This document shows positions 9,765 through 15,477 of a DNA stretch of 24,000 nucleotides, piece after piece. Made by a program: the position numbers and the translations under genes. The notes beneath the pieces are model-generated. The model did no database searches and was not told where the DNA came from. It saw nothing but the letters and a program-made list of their open reading frames with translations. Origin of the DNA: Kineosporia succinea (GTDB lineage: Bacteria > Actinomycetota > Actinomycetes > Actinomycetales > Kineosporiaceae); the NCBI RefSeq assembly GCF_030811555.1, contig NZ_JAUSQZ010000001.1, positions 2,329,241 to 2,353,240 on the forward strand, given 5' to 3'. Position 1 is the stretch's first letter; each line of letters opens with the position of its first letter.

Positions 9765-10711
9765 GCCGCGACCTCCTTCTCTTCACGCTTGCCGGTCAGG
9801 CTGTAGAAGACCTCGTCGAGGCTGGGCAGCCGCAGGGCGAGCTCGGTGACGGCGATACCGGCCTCGTCGAGGCGGCGCACCAGACCGGTGAGCGCGCTGT
9901 CGTCGTCGACAGGCACGCTGAGCACGCCGCGGGCCGGGGAGTCGACGGGCTTGGTGGACACCTGGGCGAGCAGACCGCGCACGGTGTCGAGATGGGCAGC
10001 GTCGGTGGGGCGCACGACCAGGGTCTGACCGCCCACGACCTGCTTGAGCTCACCCGGGGTGCCGTGCGCGATGACCCGGCCGTGGTCGATGACCGAGATG
10101 TCGTCGGCGAGCGCGTCGGCCTCTTCCAGGTACTGCGTGGTGAGCAGCACGGTGGTGCCGTCGTCGACGAGACCGCGCACCAGGCGCCAGACGTCGTCGC
10201 GCTTGGCCGGGTCGAGGCCGGTGGTGGGCTCGTCGAGGTAGATCACGGCCGGACGGCCGACCAGGCTGGCGGCCAGGTCGAGGCGGCGGCGCATGCCGCC
10301 GGAGTAGGTCTTGGTGACGCGGCCGGCGGCCTCGCTCAGGTCGAACTGCTCGAGCAGCTGGCGGGCTCGGGTGCGGGCGTCATTCTTGCTGAGGTCGAGC
10401 AGCCGGCCGATGAGGACCAGGTTCTCGGTGCCGGTGAGGTCTTCGTCGACGGACGCGTACTGGCCGGTGAGGCCGATCTGGCGACGGACCTGCGCCGCCT
10501 GGCGCACCACGTCGAGTCCGGACACGGTCGCGCGCCCCTCGTCGGGGCGCAGCAGCGTGGCGAGAACGCGGACCGCGGTGGTCTTGCCGGCACCGTTGGG
10601 CCCGAGGACACCGAGAACGGTGCCCTCGGCGGCCGCCAGGTCGACCCCGGCCAGGGCGGTCGTGGCGCCGAAGCGCTTGACCAGGCCCTCGGCCTCGAAG
10701 GCGTATGCCAT
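9761..10711 (-). CDS. ABC transporter ATP-binding protein, daunorubicin-resistance DrrA family
   Basis: 316 aa, N-terminus MAYAFEAEGLVKRFGATTALAGVDL. Walker A is GPNGAGKTT, signature is YSGGMRRRL and Walker B is VIYLDEPTTGLD. The SD AAGGAG lies 6 nt upstream of the ATG. Confidence 0.93.
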   Translation of the reverse strand: MAYAFEAEGLVKRFGATTALAGVDLAAAEGTVLGVLGPNGAGKTTAVRVLATLLRPDEGRATVSGLDVVRQAAQVRRQIGLTGQYASVDEDLTGTENLVLIGRLLDLSKNDARTRARQLLEQFDLSEAAGRVTKTYSGGMRRRLDLAASLVGRPAVIYLDEPTTGLDPAKRDDVWRLVRGLVDDGTTVLLTTQYLEEADALADDISVIDHGRVIAHGTPGELKQVVGGQTLVVRPTDAAHLDTVRGLLAQVSTKPVDSPARGVLSVPVDDDSALTGLVRRLDEAGIAVTELALRLPSLDEVFYSLTGKREEKEVAA

Positions 10712-10798
10712 GGGGGGCTCCTTGGTATTCGAGTCTGTGACTCTTCCAAGGTGGCCGGGGTCGCTGTCAGCGCACGCACACGGCGCTGTCAGGAGCTG

Positions 10799-11590
10799 TT
10801 ACATCTCCATCCCGCCGAAGTCGCTGAAGTCACCGCCGCCGAAGTCACCGCCGAAGTCGCCCCCGGCCTCCTCGAGCTCGGCCTGGCCCTGGTCGACCTG
10901 CTGGTCGGCCTGTTGGGTGAAGTCGTCGGCCGCGGCCTCGTAGCCCTCGGCGAACTCGCTGCCGTCGAAGCCGTCGAACATGGCGTCGGCGATGGCGGTG
11001 CCCACGAACGCGCCGGCCACACCGGCGAGCAGGCCGCCGGCGATCATGCCGCCCATGCCGATGCCACCCCCGCCCATGCCGCCGCCCATACCCGGCCGGT
11101 TGAAGCTGCGCTCCAGCGTGCCCGGGTTGCGCATCTCGGCACGGGTGGCCATGCGGGCCAGATCGCGCGGGCTGTCGGAGGTGGCGCGCTCGTGCGGCGG
11201 CACCTCTTCGGACAGGCCGGCGAGCACCATGCGGCGCTGGTCGGGCGAGAGCTTGGCGAAGGCCTCGGCGTGGGCCTCCTCGATCCGTTCGGGCGGAGCG
11301 GTCTTCAGCATGTAGCGGTAGCGGGCGATGGCCTGCTCGTCGGCCTTCGCGTCGCTGCCCGGCTCGGCTCCCGGACGGCCCACGGCCGGCGGGAAACCGC
11401 TCGGCGGCTGGTAACCCTGGTTCTGATAGCCGGGACTGCTCTGGTTCTGGCCCGGTGAGCCCCAGGTCGGCTGCTGCTGCCCGCCCCATTGCTGGCCCGA
11501 GTGCTGGCCCGAATTCTGGCCCGAGTGCTGCTGATAACCCTGGTGCTGCTGGTCCTTGTCACGACCTAGCAGCCTGTCCAAGAACCCCAC
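10799..11590 (-). CDS. Hypothetical protein: Gln/Gly/Ser-rich N-terminus, helical core, Gly/Met-rich glycine-zipper hydrophobic segment, acidic (GGDF)n C-terminal tail
   Basis: 263-aa ORF with a GTG start, GAGGGAG upstream, and very high third-position G+C. I recognise no family. The tail is encoded by a GCCGAAGTC(R)C repeat x4 at 10810-10860. Confidence 0.75.
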   Translation of the reverse strand: MGFLDRLLGRDKDQQHQGYQQHSGQNSGQHSGQQWGGQQQPTWGSPGQNQSSPGYQNQGYQPPSGFPPAVGRPGAEPGSDAKADEQAIARYRYMLKTAPPERIEEAHAEAFAKLSPDQRRMVLAGLSEEVPPHERATSDSPRDLARMATRAEMRNPGTLERSFNRPGMGGGMGGGGIGMGGMIAGGLLAGVAGAFVGTAIADAMFDGFDGSEFAEGYEAAADDFTQQADQQVDQGQAELEEAGGDFGGDFGGGDFSDFGGMEM

Positions 11591-11697
11591 GACAGGTCAC
11601 ACTCCCTCGATTGTGGTCCGTCCCTGAACGCCATCAACGAGCGCTGCTGCGAACGGGTTCCTCGGGGTGCTCCTCGCCGGTGCTTCTCGCGAGGGTT

Positions 11698-11925
11698 TCA
11701 GGTGCTCCGGGGCGCGGGGGTGCCGCGCAGGACCGAGCTGCCCGCACCGCCCGCCGGACCACTCTGCGGGGTCTGCTCGACCGAGGTGACCGCGCGGCCG
11801 AAGACCTCGCCGACCAGCGTCTGCATCCCGATGAAGGCGATCAGGAAGGCGAACACCACCCCGCCGGCCAGGAGGCCGTACTCGACCGCGGAGGCTCCAC
11901 GGTCGGGGTGCGCTCGGCGGGTCAC
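11698..11925 (-). CDS. flp: Flp/Fap family type IVb pilin (prepilin)
   Basis: 75-aa ORF carrying the Flp signature G/ASAVEYGLL followed by the hydrophobic helix AGGVVFAFLIAFIG. Third-position G+C is high. The GTG start is preceded by TAAAGT plus 7 nt. Confidence 0.8.
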   Translation of the reverse strand: MTRRAHPDRGASAVEYGLLAGGVVFAFLIAFIGMQTLVGEVFGRAVTSVEQTPQSGPAGGAGSSVLRGTPAPRST

Positions 11926-12026
11926 GTCTCAGACTTTACGTGGTCATCCGCGCACCCGGGGTGACACCCCGTCCGTTCGGTCCGGGTGAGGGAAGATGGT
12001 CGCCCGGCATCGCCTTCAAAGGGACC

Positions 12027-12111
12027 GGCTGGCCTGGTGGGCTCGCCTGGTGGGCTGGCCTGGTGGGCTGGCCTGGTGGGCTCGCCTGGTGGGCTCGCCT
12101 GGTGGCTGGCC
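12027..12111. repeat. Tandem repeat, 13-bp unit GCCTGGTGGGCT(C/G), five full copies plus one 12-bp copy and partial flanks
   Basis: Read directly. Full copies start at 12032, 12045, 12058, 12071 and 12084. The sixth copy (12097-12108) lacks one G. The last base of the unit runs C,G,G,C,C,G. The array is intergenic, between flp (minus) and the MTase (plus). Confidence 0.92.
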
Positions 12112-12189
12112 CGGCGCGCTGCCCGGCGCTGCTGACTGGGTGACGGTGCGGATGACGGTGACAGCACGGACGACTGAGGGACCGCACGG

Positions 12190-13797
12190 ATGACGACCCT
12201 GGGCGGCCGGAAGGCCCGCGGCGCCTTCTTCACGCCCGCCCCGATCGCCCGGTACGTCACCCGGTGGGCGCTGCGCGGTCCCGGTGGCCGCGTGCTCGAG
12301 CCCAGTTCCGGGGAGGCCGCCTTCCTGCTCGCGGCCGCCGAGCTGGGCGGAGACGAATGGCTTCTGGACGGGGTGGAGCTTCATCCCGCATCGGCCCGGT
12401 CCGCTCGGGAGACGCTGGAGGCGACGGGTGTGCGCGCGAGCGTCACCACGGCCGACTTCTTCACCCTGCCGCCGACCGGCGACTACGACGCGGTGATCGG
12501 GAACCCGCCCTACGTGCGCTATCACGACTTCACCGGGGCCGACCGGGACCGCGCGCAGGCCGCCGCCCGGCAGGCCGGGGTGCGGCTGAGCGGACTCTCG
12601 TCGTCGTGGGCGGCGTTCACCGTGCACGCGGCGCGCTTCCTGAGGCCCGGCGGACGGCTCGGGCTGGTGCTGCCGGCCGAGCTGCTGAGTGTGAACTACG
12701 CGGCGCCGGTGCGGCAGTACCTGCTCGAGAACTTCGCGCGGGTGCGGCTGGTGGCCTTCACCGAGCGGGTGTTCCCGGGGGTGGCGGCCGAGATCCTGTT
12801 GGTGCTGGCTGACGGATTCCGGGAGCCGGGCGGGCATCTGGAGACGCTGCAGGTGCGGAACACCGCCGACCTCGACGACCTGGAGGCCCCGTTCCAGCCG
12901 TTCACCGTGTCCTCCCCCGGCGACAAGTGGACTCCCGCGCTGATCCCGGCCGAGCCCCTGCGCCTCTTCGACCGGCTGCTCCAGGGCCTGTTCACCACCC
13001 TCGACGCGTGGGGACGCGTCTCCCTCGGCATCGTGACCGGCAACAACGGCTACTTCGCGCTGAGCACCGACCAGGCTGCCGCGCGCGGTCTGGGCCCGGC
13101 CGACCTGCTGCCGCTCTCCCCGCCGGGCAGTTCACACCTGCGCGGACTCGACTTCTCGCTGCCCGACCGGGAGGCCCTGGGCGACGACGGGGCCGCGGTC
13201 TGGCTGTTTCGGCCCGGTCTGCGACGCAGCCCGGCCGCCGTCGCCTACGTGCGGGACGGCGAGGACATGGGAGTGGACGAGGCGTACAAGTGCCGCATCC
13301 GCACGCCCTGGTGGCAGGTGCGCCTGGTGCCGCCACCCGACCTGCTGCTCACCTACATGAACGCCGACGCGCCCCGCCTGGTCACCAACTCGGCCCGGGC
13401 TCACCATCTGAATTCGGTTCACGGGGTGCATCTTTCCGACCCGTCGGCGGCGCCGCTGCTGTCGCTGGCGGCCCTCGGGTCGGTCACCCTGCTCGGCGCC
13501 GAGACGGTCGGAAGATCTTACGGTGGAGGCCTTCTCAAGCTGGAGCCGAGCGAGGCCAAGCAGCTGCCCCTGCCCTCACCGGCCGTGCTGTGGGCCGCGG
13601 CGCCGGCCCTGGACGAGATCCGCCCGGCCGTGGCCACCGCACTGAGCCGCTACCGGCTGGCCGAGGCGGTGCGACTGGTGGACGACGTGCTGCTCAACGG
13701 CACACTCGGGCTCGCCCCGGACGAGGTGGAACAGTTGCGCGCCGCCCACGCCCACCTGCAGTCGCGACGGCGGGATCGGGCCCGGACGCGCTTGTGA
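12190..13797 (+). CDS. N6-adenine DNA methyltransferase, gamma class (Eco57I/TaqI/PaeR7I-like), no adjacent endonuclease
   Basis: 535 aa. The motif order is GAFFTP (aa 11-16), then VLEPSSGEAAF (SAM-binding motif I), then GNPPY (motif IV, nt 12502-12513). The C-terminal target-recognition-like region includes SYGGGLLKLEPSEAKQLPLP. The SD GAGGGA lies 8 nt upstream of the ATG. Confidence 0.88.
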   Translation: MTTLGGRKARGAFFTPAPIARYVTRWALRGPGGRVLEPSSGEAAFLLAAAELGGDEWLLDGVELHPASARSARETLEATGVRASVTTADFFTLPPTGDYDAVIGNPPYVRYHDFTGADRDRAQAAARQAGVRLSGLSSSWAAFTVHAARFLRPGGRLGLVLPAELLSVNYAAPVRQYLLENFARVRLVAFTERVFPGVAAEILLVLADGFREPGGHLETLQVRNTADLDDLEAPFQPFTVSSPGDKWTPALIPAEPLRLFDRLLQGLFTTLDAWGRVSLGIVTGNNGYFALSTDQAAARGLGPADLLPLSPPGSSHLRGLDFSLPDREALGDDGAAVWLFRPGLRRSPAAVAYVRDGEDMGVDEAYKCRIRTPWWQVRLVPPPDLLLTYMNADAPRLVTNSARAHHLNSVHGVHLSDPSAAPLLSLAALGSVTLLGAETVGRSYGGGLLKLEPSEAKQLPLPSPAVLWAAAPALDEIRPAVATALSRYRLAEAVRLVDDVLLNGTLGLAPDEVEQLRAAHAHLQSRRRDRARTRL

Positions 13798-14067
13798 CCA
13801 CCGATCTTGCCGGTCCTTGGACACGCCCCCTTGGTGCCCGGATGAGAGCTGAACGTCCAGCTCCCTCAACCGGCATTGCCCAGTCGTTGACTTCCAGCAG
13901 GGCGTCGGTGCCCGCGCCCGACGGGGCGTTCCTCGACCTGGCCGGGGCTGTGGACAAAGCCGCGAACGGACTGCAGATCAGATCTCGACGCCACGGCCTC
14001 ACCTGAGCGTTCCCCGTCCTGGCGGGACCAAATCAGGAGGTTTCAGGACTCCGGTGCCCGATGAGGA

Positions 14068-14103
14068 CCGCCGTGTCCCGGTTTTCACCACGGGACGCGG
14101 CGG
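14068..14103. other. Strong GC hairpin in the non-coding region (possible terminator or RNA element, usable on either strand)
   Basis: CCGCCGTGTCCCG-gttttcacca-CGGGACGCGGCGG has 12 of 13 stem pairs by hand pairing. On the plus strand the unpaired position is a G-U wobble. Confidence 0.35.
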
Positions 14104-14185
14104 GCCCTTCGAGTTTGTGCACACATGTGGAAAAGTCTGGGGACAACTTCCACGGCTGTAATTCCGCCGTGGGTTTTCGGTGCCG

Positions 14186-14250
14186 GCGGGTGGTGCGGTG
14201 TCAGCGGGTGGTGCGATTTCAGCGGGTGGTGCGGGCCGGCGGGTGGTGCT
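14186..14250. repeat. Four direct copies of the 12-mer GCGGGTGGTGC(G/T) at 18/18/17-bp spacing, immediately 3' of crgA
   Basis: Cores are at 14186-14197, 14204-14215, 14222-14233 and 14239-14250. A related CAGCGGGTG lies inside the last codons of crgA (14273-14281). Confidence 0.88.
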
Positions 14251-14265
14251 GTGCGAATGGGTGCG

Positions 14266-14514
14266 TCAGCGCCAGCGGGTGAGCATGCCGAAACCGATCA
14301 GCGCGATACCGATGCCGATCACCAGGTTCCAGTCGTCGATGTTCGGCACCGGGTATTTACCCTGGGTGAGGTAGTACGTCACGATCCAGGCCAGGCCGAT
14401 CAGCAGGAACGTGACCATGGTGGGGGCGAAGAAGCGGCCGTTCGGCTTCTGGGCGGCTGCCTTGGCGCGGGGGGCTTCGTACCCACCCTTGTTCCTGGCC
14501 TTGGACTCGGGCAT
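14266..14514 (-). CDS. crgA: Cell division protein CrgA
   Basis: The 82-aa product MPESKARNKGG...FFAPTMVTFLLIGLAWIVTYYL...NLVIGIGIALIGFGMLTRWR has two TM helices and the typical CrgA size and sequence. The start is taken at ATG 14514 with GGAGGAG upstream, so the track ORF is over-extended to 14616. Synteny with the pknB cluster supports the call. Confidence 0.93.
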   Translation of the reverse strand: MPESKARNKGGYEAPRAKAAAQKPNGRFFAPTMVTFLLIGLAWIVTYYLTQGKYPVPNIDDWNLVIGIGIALIGFGMLTRWR

Positions 14515-14603
14515 GGTCGGGACTCCTCCGGTACACGTACGTCTGCAGTCTGCGGGGTACCACACGCCTCCGGGCGCATGGCGACGTCCTCTAGCGTAGT
14601 GCC

Positions 14604-15476
14604 GTGGCCACCGCATCGGACGATCCAGTTGAGAACGGCCACGTCCGGATTCCTCTGGGCGGTACCGCCACGCCCGTCGCCCGGGCGCCCCGCCACACCC
14701 GCTCGGGCACGTTCGGCGTCGCCGCGGTGCTGGTCGCGGCCGGTCTGCTGTTCACCACCAGCGCCCACACCTCGCACGGCACCCAGCTGCGCTCGCAGCG
14801 CGCCGACCTGGCCGGGTTGGTGGAGGCCGAGAACGAGCGGGTGCAGGAGAGCTCGCAGCGGGTCGCCGAGCTGAACGAGGAGGTCCGGGCCGACAGCGCG
14901 CAGGCCGCCACGGCCGACCGCACGATCCGCGACCTGGAAGACGGCTCGGCCGACGTGGAGGCCGCGGCCGGGCTGGTCGCGGTGACCGGGCCGGCGCTGA
15001 CCATCACGCTCGACGACGCCCCGCGCGACTCCTCGGTGCCCGCCCAGGCCGGTCCGAACGACCTCGTCGTGCACCAGCAAGACGTGCAGGCCGTGGTCAA
15101 CGCGCTGTGGGCCGGTGGGGCCGAGGCGATGATGCTGATGGACCAGCGGGTGATCTCGACCAGCGCCGTGCGGTGTGTGGGCAACACCCTGATCCTGCAG
15201 GGCCGGGTCTACTCCCCGCCGTACAAGATCTCCGCCATCGGCGACATCGACAAGATGCGCGCGGCCGTCGACCTCTCCCCGCAGATCGACATCTACCTGC
15301 AGTACGTGGCCTCGCTGCGGCTCGGCTGGAAGGTCGAGAGCTCCACCGGCGTGAACTTCCCGGCCTACGCGGGATCACTCAGCCTCAGTCACGCCCGGGT
15401 GGCGGGCTCTGCCACTCCCACCACACCGTCCAGAGCCACCACGACCGATCAGACCGAGACAGACCAGGAGTCATGA
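14604..15476 (+). CDS. DUF881 domain-containing membrane protein (Rv0012-like)
   Basis: 290 aa with an N-terminal TM (FGVAAVLVAAGLLFTT), a coiled-coil region and the conserved GPALTITLDD...DLVVHQQDVQAVVNALWAGGAEAMMLMDQRV...GNTLILQGRVYSPPYKISAIGD. It sits between crgA and trpG as in mycobacteria. The start codon is uncertain. Confidence 0.88.
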   Translation: MATASDDPVENGHVRIPLGGTATPVARAPRHTRSGTFGVAAVLVAAGLLFTTSAHTSHGTQLRSQRADLAGLVEAENERVQESSQRVAELNEEVRADSAQAATADRTIRDLEDGSADVEAAAGLVAVTGPALTITLDDAPRDSSVPAQAGPNDLVVHQQDVQAVVNALWAGGAEAMMLMDQRVISTSAVRCVGNTLILQGRVYSPPYKISAIGDIDKMRAAVDLSPQIDIYLQYVASLRLGWKVESSTGVNFPAYAGSLSLSHARVAGSATPTTPSRATTTDQTETDQES

Positions 15477-15477
15477 G

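Noticed and set aside
9992-11458. 488-aa plus-strand ORF spanning the antisense of drrA, the intergenic gap and the hypothetical gene
   Set aside because: It has no motifs and shadow-type composition, and it is antisense to two genes with strong coding signal. Staying open across the 88-bp gap is plausibly chance at this G+C.
11922-12260. 112-aa minus-strand ORF running through the 13-bp repeat (HQASPPGEPTRPA x2), whose TGA overlaps the flp GTG (GTGA)
   Set aside because: The coupling-like overlap is tempting. However, hand-checked third-position G+C is only about 65%, against near-saturation in real genes. Its start lies inside the MTase gene, and any frame through a 13-bp repeat yields a periodic peptide.
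14115-14147. Three DnaA-box-like 9-mers within 33 bp: TTGTGCACA, TGTGGAAAA (reverse complement TTTTCCACA) and GGGGACAAC (reverse complement GTTGTCCCC)
   Set aside because: Each differs from the actinobacterial TTGTCCACA consensus in 1-2 positions. Three boxes are far fewer than I would expect in a replication origin, and no dnaA or dnaN is in the window. At most this is a secondary DnaA site, and it needs a genome-wide box count or ChIP to say more.
12027-14250. The two tandem arrays considered as CRISPR arrays
   Set aside because: The units are 12-13 bp. They have no or very short (5-6 bp) non-unique spacers, far too short for CRISPR repeats and spacers, and there are no cas genes.
11926-14265. 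The MTase block as a recently acquired mobile island or complete restriction-modification system
   Set aside because: There is no integrase, transposase, tRNA target or inverted terminal repeats. The MTase codon usage looks native and no endonuclease ORF is present. Only an ancient insertion or a decayed R gene remains possible, as covered in the findings.
14061-14282. 73-aa Cys/Arg-rich plus-strand ORF (…RCRRVVRCQRVVRFQRVVR…) ending inside crgA
   Set aside because: Its repetitive part is simply the translation of the 12-mer repeat array. GC3 is mediocre, there is no SD, and it overlaps the crgA 3' end.
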